Source of the DNA: Iphione sp. A-MEVVRFRX5
Lineage: Eukaryota
DNA: 64,000 bases
NCBI GenBank assembly: GCA_976226885.1
Contig: OZ320318.1
Span: 71,796,001 to 71,860,000 of the forward strand
Direction of reading: 5' to 3'
Position numbers and translations under genes: made by a program. Below, in pieces: positions 25,083-36,718 of the stretch. The notes under the pieces are model-generated. The model saw only the letters and a list, made by a program, of their open reading frames with translations, searched no databases and was not told the DNA's origin. Position 1 is the stretch's first letter. Each line of letters begins with the position of its first letter.

Positions 25083-25121
25083 AAAATCCTTGAAAATCCT
25101 TGAAAATCCTTGAAAATCCTT
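25083..25121 (+). repeat. (AAAATCCTTG)n 3' tail of the LINE, about 3.9 units
   Basis: Direct reading; overlaps AATAAA at 25080-25085. Confidence 0.9.
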
Positions 25122-26771
25122 CTTTGTAATCATGTCATATAATTTATATGGTGGCACTTACACAAGGGCAAATGTTTTTTGAACACTGACCCAAGGCCAC
25201 GAGGTCACAAGGTTATAATTGATATTGGCCATGCAATGTAGCCAAGCTATTGCTCTCTGTAATTTACACGACGATCACCTCATGGCATGAACCATGTACA
25301 TTGTGCTGTGATATGCTCTTACTATTCGCTTACATGCTCTTCCCTTTTTAAATCACCCTACTCACTTGAAAGACTTCATCAACACATAAAGATACGAGAA
25401 ATCAATAGAGCCTTATACGATAGCACTTTCCCTTCCATCGAACAGTCGTATAAAACAAACTTTTCCATTCAAGATACCATCTTTTTTTCGACGTCCAATA
25501 TAATTTTGAACAGAGAGCTTTAACACTCATTCCAGAATCCCGATATTCTTGCAGGCAGCTCTCTCTCTCTATATATATATATACATCTGTATCTGCATCT
25601 ATTCCTCTATATATGTGCATAAGCACACAGTATGAAATATCATATGATTGTTTTTGCAATGCTTATACAAAATGTCGTAAAAGTGCCCCCTGGAGATATT
25701 CACCTATCAATAGGGAGGAAGACCCTATCAGCCTTCACAGGACCCCCTCTAGTCCATAGCTGCATTGACTGGGCGGACCTGAATGTCATTAATCAATATT
25801 TGTGTAACACATTACATGTATATATAATGCATAGGCACTACATCACTAGAAGTCTCGTATGGAAGGAAATGATAAATCTTGGACGTAGATAGATTTCTCC
25901 ATTGTTTGCGCTCTTTTTCCCGCGATCCTGCTGGTGAAGTTTGTTCTGGTATGATATTAAGTAGTGGTCTGTTGTTTTTTTACATCAAGTTCAGGAGCTT
26001 TAAACAGTCATTAATCATCCCTGTTTATAGCAACACCAAGGGAAAGGCGATCAATCCCTACTATGATATATTTGGGTACTTTGTACTCCAGCCTCCTCCA
26101 TTTTTTTAACTAGAATTTTTTTTCGGCTTGAGACATATCGTTCTCGAGCTACACCCGTTGAGTTGAGAGTGAGCCGCGCTCGCACGGTCAGCCTTCTTGA
26201 ATTTGCCGTTCAGTGCCCTCCTTCTTGTATGATACACAGGGAATTACATGTGTGTATGGCATAAGGACAAGCACTTACACACTTACACAGTCTAGTTATT
26301 TCCAACAACCCCAATCCGTATACATGCCAGTTTTCTATAGTTTGATACTATAAACACCGACGATAATTGTTCCGTTTTGATTCTTCCGCGAGACAAATCG
26401 AGCAGCACGTAGACGGCAGGAAACGGTCCGTCAACTGCGAACGTGGACGGCTAAACCGATTTTCAATTTGCCTGAAAAAAATGTTCGATACTTGTGGCAA
26501 CTATTTCGCGTTGCCGTCATTTTTTTTAAATTAAGAGAGATAATCTTAACAACATTTTATTCGTGCAGCTGTTCAGAAGAAATAGATGTACATGTAGTTA
26601 GACCCGCACACATTGCTTTCGTATGAAAAGGATGGAATATGCAGTTGAAAATATAACAAAAAATGTCCGATCAGAGGACATTATAAACTTTCTTTATGGA
26701 CGAATTGTTGCTTTTTGAAAGATTAACCTATACACTGGAATAAATTGTTTCCACTGTTAATGAAACATGTT

Positions 26772-27040
26772 CATGACCAGACAGATTTACTGTAGCCCCA
26801 ACCCAGAGTGGCCCAAAACTCATAAAGAGGCTGTGGGTGTATAGGATTCTGTCCCCTATGCACAAAAAGACCCCAGAAACCTATTCGAAATAAGAGTAAG
26901 GGACAACCCCGGGTATTCTGGTCTCTTAATTCTCAACAATAGATGGTAGTATGCTACCCCAGGAGGATATGGAAGAGCTCTGTCATGTGATAGAGAATAT
27001 CTAGTTCCTGGTTAAAGATACAATGAAATGAAATGAAATA
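26772..27040 (+). mobile_element. 5'-truncated copy of the Deu/Nin-type SINE
   Basis: About 14 differences over about 255 bp (by eye) versus the reverse complement of 12602-12880. It lacks the tRNA head and has a (TGAAA)3 tail. Confidence 0.9.
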
Positions 27041-27929
27041 TGTACGTATTTTCTTTTACTGAAACAATTTGTCTGCAAGGACCTCTTTCCACATGAATAC
27101 ACGGCCAGGAACTTCATTTTAATCTCCGGATAACTACCCGTCTACGACACAATAACTAGTTGTTCAGTTATAAGTAAATGCAGTCTCGGTCCATACTGAC
27201 TGGGCTGGCAGAACCGGCCATACTCGTTCAAATAAAAATACTCCCTAACATTATTGGCCACTCTATAACCGCCGAGAACAAAAGAGGAGGATGCGGTCGG
27301 CCTTACAGAGCTGATGGTATATTGGCGAAACGTCATCTTGGATTCGGCCGCAGGAGATGACCGTGCAGTGTACGGGTGGAAGAGGTTAGTCCACTTCTGT
27401 CATAACAGGACAAATACCATCATGGCCGAGTGAGATTAAGAGCGACAACATCCTACGGCGTGCAATGAACAGGGTTTGCCAGCCAAGCGACAGCGCCCCC
27501 ACCAGGCAGACCGTTTTAGTGGCGAAATCCATGTTCGTTTGGTGGCAGTTCCAAGACTACTTTATAAATGCAATGATGTGTCCCTTGTTGCATTTTGGGC
27601 AAAAACAGAGATATGATGTCCAAGAAGGAACATAAGATGTGTGTATTGTGAATAGACGTTTGTAGAGTGTTGTGTAAGCTCCTTGTTAAAGCAGCTTTTA
27701 CACCTGCTATTCCGTGCTTAAATGAAAACCTGCGCCCTTAGAACTATTTGCTAAATGTGGATAAGATGCAGAGCTCTTGGGTTTTCTACAGCCTGTACAC
27801 ATTAAAAATTGTTATCAGTGTAGGCTTTGTAACCTAAGCATATTATATCCATGTACTTTTGTGTTGGTAGAATAATTGTATTTATCATTGTAACCCATTA
27901 AGTCACTCGTATCGTTAATGTAATAATAT

Positions 27930-28870
27930 CATCTCTATATCTTCAGTGAGACATGGCTCCACTAGGGGATTCACCACAGATTCAATTGAAATTACCTGAT
28001 TCACAATTATGAGGTAGGACAGGGACAACTCCAATAGCAATAGTGGGGAGGGGAACTATTCCATATGAAACAGGGCTACTATAATATTTATCAATACTGG
28101 AATCCAACAAAATCAGCCACCATAAAATTGAATTGACCTGGGTGTGTTTGAATCTGTGAGATAGGTAAGACTCGGATAACAGCGATTTACCCCCCCCCCC
28201 CCTCCCAAAGTGAAATTGAATAAGCCATATGGCGAATGAGACAATTCCTACAGAGAAGCAGCGATAAAGTTTCCTTAAAATCTATATTGATAGACAATGT
28301 GAATATTACCTGTCCAAAACAGAAAGTGAAGGATGACATACATTTATTGAATTCACGCTATTAGTGAATGGTAGTTAGCCATGCTTATTGACATAGTCAT
28401 CACAAATATCGATAATGGCGTAATAAAGGCTGAAGTTGTTGATTGCTCAATAAGTGATCATGATGCCTTACTATGTGTATTTTTTTAATCATGGAGTGAA
28501 ACCTAAAGATCAGCTCAACTGAACTAGAAATTATAAAAAATTTAATGAGGCAGCATTTGTCAATAATGTAAGACATGTATAAAGCATTGGGATGGTTAGA
28601 CCTATTAGTTTATTTATAAACTTGAGTTTGGTATTATTCAAAGAACATATGATTTAGTGGTATGATAAGATAAATGTCCTAAAAGTTATAATTTAAATAC
28701 AGTCCATAAGGAAAAGTTACTCGGTGAGATTTTAGACCTAATACGAGAAAGAACACATGCTACAAGGTATGAAATTGTATGGACAGGTGAAGGATTGGTT
28801 GGAATATAAAATTGATCCGGGTTGCAAAAATTGCATATATTAAAGATGAAGCAGGAACAACACCAGACAG
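27930..28870 (+). pseudogene. Decayed APE-domain and linker fragment of another CR1/L2-group LINE
   Basis: FSETWL (about 27942), DRD...GGG, LIDIVITNIDNGVIKAEVVDCSISDH (about 28384-28460), RNYKKFNEAAFV, EILDLIRER; many stops and frameshifts. Confidence 0.75.
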
Positions 28871-29546
28871 ACACAATTTTCCCCAGACTTCTAAGGTAAG
28901 CTCCGTTTGACTCCTGACCTCCAGAGGAAAGCCCTACACCTTTGTCCGACTGTTGACAGGTAACGAAAACAGCAAAGTGAGTGTCCCCCATACTTGTCCA
29001 TGGGTGCATGCTTAGTGTACCTCGAAAAGTTTATATGGGACCGTATGGGTCTGCTCTAAGGCAATTAAAGGAGACAAGAGGCACGTAAATCCTGCGACTA
29101 GGCTACGTACCGGGGCCTATTTCAAGGAAGCAATATCGTTGCTGGATACAAGGAGCCCTGCTCGTATGGGTGACTCGGGCTGGTTCATTAACCGTTTGTT
29201 AAAGATATCCACACGAATGTCAATATAGGCGCTGTAAGATGCCTGTAATTGTATTTAGAAAGTTAACCATTTGGTCGCCTTCTATTATAACGTTTTTTTC
29301 AGTCTCGGGATGCCAATTACATCCATATACATGTGTAACTTCCTTTCAGTGAGTCGTTTGTATTGCTGTCCGAGTGGTTCCTTAATTCAAACGTGCATAA
29401 AAGTATGAAATATCACAATTAATTCAACCTTCCAAAGTTTTCACACGGCTGCAAAATTACTAATCCTACCAAAGTGAGGCTAGAACATAGTCGGTGGAAG
29501 AATCGGAAACCATCTCTACTTTTAAGCATCATCAGAGGCACCTGTA

Positions 29547-30055
29547 AAGCACTATCTCCATGGATGCAGGTTGTCTGTCTGCCACCTGCTGCATTGTATG
29601 GACTGCCCGGACCTCTCTGCCACCTGACACGGGGCTAATCCCCATGTACACATGTAGTATGCACTGCCTGAATTGGCATGTTTCAGGCAAATTTGCCAAG
29701 TTTTTGTTGATTTACCCGAGTTTTTGCAGTTTTTTGGCCAAATTTGCCTGAATTTTGCTGTTTTTCAGCCAATTTGCCTGAGTTGTACCATTTTCCACTG
29801 TTTTCTGACTGAGTTTCCTGGTATTTGCCTTCTTTCATGCCCATTTGCATGATTTTTGGTTTATTCCCAGCCTGCACAAAGTGGCAGGGTCTGAGTGGAC
29901 CGAACAACAACCGATTAGACTGCATGCATCAGGTGGCGGGTTCAGAGAGTCCAGGCACATGGGGATAATTATATCTTAACTGCTTAGAGCAGTTCTCCCA
30001 GTCTCCACACACCAAGTGGCAGGTCTGGAAGGTTCACATACATGGAGATAGCGCT
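29547..30055. mobile_element. About 510-bp MITE with imperfect TIRs (Kolobok-like AG...CT ends)
   Basis: Left AGCACTATCTCCATGGATG...CTGCCACCTG versus right CAAGTGGCAG...CATACATGGAGATAGCGCT; internal AATTTGCC(TGA) repeats; flanks GTAA/TAAA are a degenerate TTAA. Confidence 0.55.
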
Positions 30056-32074
30056 TAAAGCTCATTGATTTCTGTATGATAACATTGCAAGAAAATTTCA
30101 TATGGAAGAACCCCTCTTATATGACCCATGCAAAGATAGTAGAAGCCAGCTTCTGAAAATATGGATAGTGTGATGAGGGATTCTCTGATTAATAATCCAT
30201 ATTTGCAATAAGAATAGTTTTAGAAGCAAAGTAATTGGGTTGGACATTATCTTAGTAAACAATAGACCACTAAAACGTCTTATAGCTGTATTAAACTATT
30301 GGAAACAAAAGTCTATCAACGGTGGTACAATTAAGTAATCTTTCTCAAAACCTTCCAGTAATAAATCGTCATCCATCGGTCACCCAGAGAAACTTGTGAG
30401 TCTTGTCATCTTTTTCATATCATAAAACAGACCAACATTGATGAAAAGGTCGAGAAGAAACGGATATTGGAAAGTTGCCTGTTTCTCCTCTAAGCTCTAT
30501 TTTTTCGGCGTAGTTTTTTTGTCATTTTCATGACATAAAATACAGCAAATGTTCGTAATATCCAAATAACCTGCCATAAGAGGTAAAACTGTGGAGCTGA
30601 TGTCCTCCGGGCAAAGTACGTACAACCTTTGTTCAGTTTATTAAGCAACAGTGTATTATATCGCCTCATCCACTGCATTGAACATATAGTGCTTGCTTGA
30701 GGACGTATTCATATTTCTCCTTTTCAAGATAAGGCTGTAGCCCAAGCCTAGGTTGGAAACACGTCTTAAAATACGAAACGACAGGACGATTACCCGCCCC
30801 CCCCCACCACCACACACAAGCTTCAACTGATGCTTGGCCAGACCCAATACATGTAATTGTTTGAGACCACAGTTGCCGAGGACTCCGTTATCACAAGTTG
30901 TAGTTTAGTCAAATACTTCTCGACGACAGTCGGCTGTCATCAAAAGGCAAATGTCCGTCACTTATTCCAAGCAGGGGCTGGTCAAGGCTGATACTGAATA
31001 GGTTGGAAGCGGGTAAAAGACATGTCATGTTGCCTGTCAGTTTCTTCCCCGGGGTCACGTAAATCAAGCGCGGAAGACCTATACCTACCTTTTCCGTAGG
31101 CCTTATGGCGGGGGGGGGGCGACGGTTATCGTTTGATTTAGAATAAAACACACACGACCTGATCTGTGTTCCTGGATATCATTTTCCGCCACTTGAGAAC
31201 CGATACAAGCAAGTGCCCAGTAGCGGCCTCCCAGATCATAAAACCGATGGAGAGCTCCACTCAAGAATACAGGCCTCTAATACATGTAAGTTGTCAGTAG
31301 AATGATATAGATTAGATCTATTCTAATCGAAATTGATTTGTGTAATTAAGTAAGATCTGCAAAGAACTTGAAGGTATAAATCTTTCAGGGAAATGGACTA
31401 ATGATATTCAGCCTAGGTAAATGAACTTTGAAAAAGGAAAAGAAAAGAAAGAAAGCATGAAGAGGAAGGCAAACTGGAGAATTTCAAGGCAAGATGGAGA
31501 CTACTGGTGCCTTTTATCAAATTCAGATAACAATACATACACAGGTAAGTCCCTATTACAACCGCAGATCACAATCACTGAAATTACTTATAATATTTGC
31601 ATTGCCTGGCTGTTTGATAGGCAGAGACGGCTACGTAAGTGTCCGTAAATTATCTTGGCAGCCTAGTAGTCCACCTGAGCCGCTCCACCTGAGAACCCTG
31701 AGGCGAACAGGTAAAACCAGCGTGCGAAATACATGTACGGCCTATGAGATGCTGCGTTTCCCAGGCTGTCGTTTTTTCTCGGTAAACATGTGTTTTAGCG
31801 AAGCTAATGAAAGAACCGATTTGGTGTCTTGGGCAAAGTGTTTTAATCCGAAGTAGTGCCGGAATCAGATTCACTTCAGGTATAGGAACTCATTTAAAAA
31901 ATACATCCATCAGGTGTAAAAAGAAACCGTTATCCAGAATGCTTGTCCCTTTAATTCCATTCCCCATATGCTCTATATTACAATGCCCGTCTACTACGCA
32001 GAAAGGTACCGCCTACCGGGGATGTGTTAGAATCATTATTATAATTATGTGACATGACACTTAAATGTCATATG

Positions 32075-32426
32075 GTTCAGACGTGGCAATTCTCCTCTTT
32101 CTCTGACATGCTACCGAGTAGTGACTAGCCAGCACACACTTCCCAGCCTTTTTATGTCTGTTGTGTTTGCTTGTTGTCATGGAGCTGTTGCCTTAAGGTC
32201 TCACTCTCATGACTATGCTGGGGCTGTATAATAATAATGGCATTTGTTCAGACACATGGTTTACACGGTTTCGACGGTTGTCTCATCAGGCATGTTGTCA
32301 GGTAGGATATCATTCATTTAGAGAAAATGGTGACATTTATGTGTGTTAATTCAAAAACTCCTCTTATGGGATCTGGAGGTAGGTCTGATTGACTTAGTCA
32401 CTCCTTCTCCTGAGGGTTTTTTTTTT
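32075..32426 (-). mobile_element. 352-bp Penelope-derived 3'-end/pseudo-LTR insertion flanked by a 20-bp direct repeat
   Basis: TGACACTTAAATGTCATATG at 32055-32074 and 32427-32446. The interior shares TCTCTGA..TGCTACCGAGT and CCTGA(T/A)GAG..AACCGTC.AAACCGTGT motifs with 11877-12050. Confidence 0.7.
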
Positions 32427-35400
32427 TGACACTTAAATGTCATATGTGGCTCTTCAATTGGAATAACAAATAGGCAACTCACGTTACAGTTATAATGTTC
32501 TATCTACTTACATTCATCGACCTTCTGTCTGAATCGAGACTGTCACCAATAGCAAGTGAGTACATTCAAAGGAGCATTTTTGTGGTCGATGAAGCTTTAT
32601 AATGGCTTGAAGAAGGATTAATTTCCTTAGATGCAAGTTTTCACAGCAGTGGGTTTAGTGGCTTGTTTTGGGGGGAACTATGGTTACCACAAGAAGTGTC
32701 ACCATATGTGCATGTACCATGTACCAAGAAACGTTCCTCCATGTAGGATGTTTTGGACTTGGAGGATTCCGAATTTTCTTGGTTGTGGATACATTGTTCC
32801 TATGCCACTGTACAAAGATGATGCAATAAACCATGATGGATGTATTGCTATACAAACAGTGAACACAGCGTCAAATTTTCATGGCCGAAAACATGTTCCA
32901 CATGAATACGTGCCTAAGGAAATTAAGCCCTAATTAGCAGCCGTCTTAATACCTACCCACGTAACAGGGACATCCTTCGAAACGGGCACTAGGAATCTAT
33001 TAGGCTCCAAAAGATTATTTTCACCTTGGGTATGCAGTGGACATCTGAAAATACCATTACCTTACTGTGTGCTGCCAATGAAGACCATCACATTGTATGA
33101 AGTTGACGAAATGAAACTCAGTATGAAAGGTTAAAGAGTAAACAAACGAACAATATGAAAGGATAAGTACTGTGAATATGGATGAGTTTCAAACCACTTC
33201 CTAGTATAATATTGATAATTATAGGTTCAAAAGTGGCCTCAAATTAAGGCTGGATCCATATATTTATATATGGAGAAATTAAACGTAGATCTCTACAACA
33301 ACTGGTAATTCTACCTGTTGTAACTGGCGACTGTGGGTCGGACAGTTCTCTAATTTAGAGTTTACGCGCATGCATTTGCTATAATCAACCGACCAGCATG
33401 AAGCGCCTCACGCGCCTGAGGTTCCTGGAGTTGAAAGTCCTATTATACAAGGAAATGACCCCTTTCAGCCTCCTGGATATGGCAGGTGCTGCTCTCACAA
33501 GGACCACGTTAGAAAAAGTGCGAGGAAGTGGAAAGCAGCTTACGATTCGTGAGCTAAAGCTTTCTCACATGCTATTTCAGAACGGCGGCAGTCCTGGGAA
33601 ATGTGGTATTTTGCTTCTGAGTGAAATACGATATTTGAATATACTTTGCAGTATTTGTTTGATCTCCTTAGGCTCGTATTTGAAAGGTATCATAGCGTCA
33701 TGAGATTACTCGGACAATATAGACGTATGTCAGGTTTTATTTATGGACTACGTGTTTCAGTAAAAGACGTTCCTGAGCCCCAGCCTCTGCAGGACAGAAT
33801 TAGTACGACATGACCCCAGATGCCATGTGCCAAAACTTCCAAGGCGCATGCCTCACACGCAGTTCCCTTTTCTCCGCGTAGGTGGCGTTCCCGCGTGCCC
33901 TCCAGGCCATTATCGTGTCACATAGTAATGTACATCATCACGCCATGGCAGTCAAACGAACCCATACATTCTGCGGCTTTGGTCTTTCTTTTCCATCAAC
34001 CCTTTACCACAGTGCCCATTCATTTCCCCTTGTTTGCCACTTGCTCCCCATATATAGCCATGCAATAAATCTTCTTGCCATTTGGGTGCCATAGGTTCCA
34101 TTGCCCTAGCAACCTGCACATCCCCTTGATGGTTATTACCCTGATATAAAGGAACTCTAATATAATGGGATATATTTCATAAAAGAGAGAAACCTGAGAG
34201 GGGACAGAAGAAACAGGGGACATGCAGATGCTAGGCATACTGGCATAGGAGATATTCTTGTGATGTTAACGAGTGGTAAGGTATAGTAGTCTGCTGTGGA
34301 ATGCAGAGCTCTCGGGGAGAGAAACGATGACCTGCAAGTCTGTTTTATAGGGCCGGACTTAATGGCCTAAAGTGGTGGAGCGTAGGGGTGAATTGGGAGG
34401 CATATATAAAGCCATATACAATGTAGAAGGCTACGGTACCAAGATAACCTAGGGCACGGTGTGCACTGCAACATTTATGTCCCACTTGTTGGCTCGTTTC
34501 ATGTGTATCTGTTGTAGTTTTCACGGTGTGTTTTGCATTGTGTGTAAACCATGATAAAATAACTGCATGATAAAATGACCTGCAGATGCTTTTCTATGGG
34601 TTTACACATTCGTTTGCATGATAACCCATCCTGGACTGATTAAAGAATCACTAACAGTGGCGTTAGTTATGCTCACATGCGCGTGTGAACAGAGGTGTTG
34701 AGCTCACTGAAGTAATAGAAACACAAACGGATGCATAGCTTCATAATACATGGCTTATATATAGGTAAGTAAAACAGAAAATGGACTGATATTCCTCCGT
34801 AACATCAATGTTTCTTTTACAGTTATGTAAGGCATTGGTGACTGAAAAAAACAAATAAGAGCCATGATGATGCCGTTTTCACCATCTTCACCTTCGCATG
34901 ATAGAAGGGAATTATTATAGTTAGCAAACAAGAAAGTCAATGGAATACAGAGGGACTAAAATATGTATAACGAGTAGAGGACAGTGAAAGCTCGTACATT
35001 GTATGATGCCCAACGGCGACGTTCGCGTCCACGTGTGGAGGGAGCCGCGGGGCTTTGGGATAGTAAAAGACATGCAGTACAAGGCGAGATAGTTGCCAAG
35101 GGAGGAGATAAGGTTGGTTGACATGTGATAGGTACGGGTAAGCAAAGTGCACCGGGCATCTGTCTTTGAGGCATGTAAAGGCAACCAGCGGCGACGGCCA
35201 CATACGGCGTACCGTGAAGGATAAAGGCAGCGTCCTGTGGGGCGAGTCTGTCGAGTGAGAGGAAGCTGTAAGGCTCGTAGCTAGGCGGGTGGTTGGGTGG
35301 ATGGGTGGTTGTTTGGGTGGGGGAGTGGGTGGTACGCTCGTCATCACATCGCTGCCGGGCAAGCCCATCAAACAAGAACTCTTGTTTGGAAGACGGTGAC

Positions 35401-35783
35401 GCCAGGAGCGCATTAAACGTTCGGGTTAAGGCCATGGGTCTTATTTCTTATGAGCCAGAATTCTCTTGGGATCTCATTATAAACGGACGCAGGGCGTCCC
35501 CGGTACCCAGGGGGCTCCACTCTATTTACACAAGACGGATGCAGAGTTCAGCGAAAAAGCTGTTGTCGACTAGGACAAAAACCCACCGCTTCTAGGGGGC
35601 TTCCTTTATCATATCCGTGTCAGATGAGAAACTTGAAAGTTGCTTTCCCTTGTGACCGCCTCTGGATTTTTCTATTTTCCGTTTCTGCTAATTCGATCCA
35701 CCTCCTTTTCGTTTTTGTATTGACTTCCAGTCTTTTTGCTGTCTCTCTCTCATTCTCTCCCTCTCTCCCACGTATTCTCTCCC

Positions 35784-35939
35784 NNNNNNNNNNNNNNNNN
35801 NNNNNNNNNNNNNNNNNNNNNNNNNNNNNNNNNNNNNNNNNNNNNNNNNNNNNNNNNNNNNNNNNNNNNNNNNNNNNNNNNNNNNNNNNNNNNNNNNNNN
35901 NNNNNNNNNNNNNNNNNNNNNNNNNNNNNNNNNNNNNNN
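35784..35939. other. Assembly gap (156 N) inside a CT-rich tract
   Basis: Direct reading. Confidence 0.99.
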
Positions 35940-36718
35940 TTCGCCTTCTTCTCTCCCCATCTGCCTTTGCTTTTCTCTGCTCCGTGCTCCCGGTCTCTCT
36001 CTCTGTCTGCACATTTACTACTATGTCATGCCGCTTCCTGCCATTTATATGTTCTATGCTTTTTCGTCTAATCATTCCCTGCATCAGGTTGCCAGTAGCG
36101 CTCTCCTCTAGTACAGACGCGGCCAGCTTTATCACCACCATATACGACCTGGGCCGCGTTAAGTTTGCCTGCTTTGATGGATACTTGCTGTATACTACTA
36201 GTCACTGTAGCCTTTAGATGACTTCCATAAAGCAGTCCCCTTTCTCTCAGAAGTTTACTGTGTAAACCTGCATAAAAACGTTTCTTTACAGCAACATACT
36301 ACAAGCATAAAGTACAGAGATATGTCTTCGTTATCGCCGGCTTGACACATCGTTTAAATATATTTTGAATTAGCCTTTATCGGAGCGATAACAGCTGTTG
36401 GAACGGGCGGCTACGATTCGCAATAAATATTTCACATTGAATTGTAGGGACGTGTTCTATGCTTGCTTTGATAAACCACTGACTATATAACCTATCTTTA
36501 GGCACATAACATCCACGGTCCATATTCACTGTGCTTTTTCTCTCTCATTCTTGGAAAAAGAAACAGCAACAATGTAAGGTATGTTAATCCAAGATGGGTA
36601 ATTGATAGCATTGGAAGTTAATAGGTTTTCTTACGCCAATACATGTACACAGTTTTATGATTTAAATAAATAGTAGAAAATATAGCTGATCTGGTAACAG
36701 CCATCAATGCTACCGGGC

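Larger units (their letters stand above)
18793..25121 (+). mobile_element. Apparently intact three-ORF CR1/L2-group (Crack/Daphne/L2-like) non-LTR retrotransposon; the 5' UTR boundary upstream of 18793 is not determined
   Basis: Three colinear uninterrupted ORFs (535, 209, 920 aa), a 3' UTR of about 490 bp, AATAAA at 25080-25085 and a tandem 10-nt tail. No TSD found, which is usual for this group. Confidence 0.92.

Noticed and set aside
25040-25121. The NADAR-LINE as the mobilising partner of the Deu/Nin SINE
   Set aside because: The 3' ends share only GGAAGA and TGAAA fragments; the SINE hairpin is not in the LINE tail.
27178-27400. WYIGET (GIY-YIG-like) or piggyBac-like snippet
   Set aside because: A single short motif without supporting context.
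35620-36217. ORFs of 108-197 aa
   Set aside because: Artefacts spanning the N gap and the CT-rich sequence.
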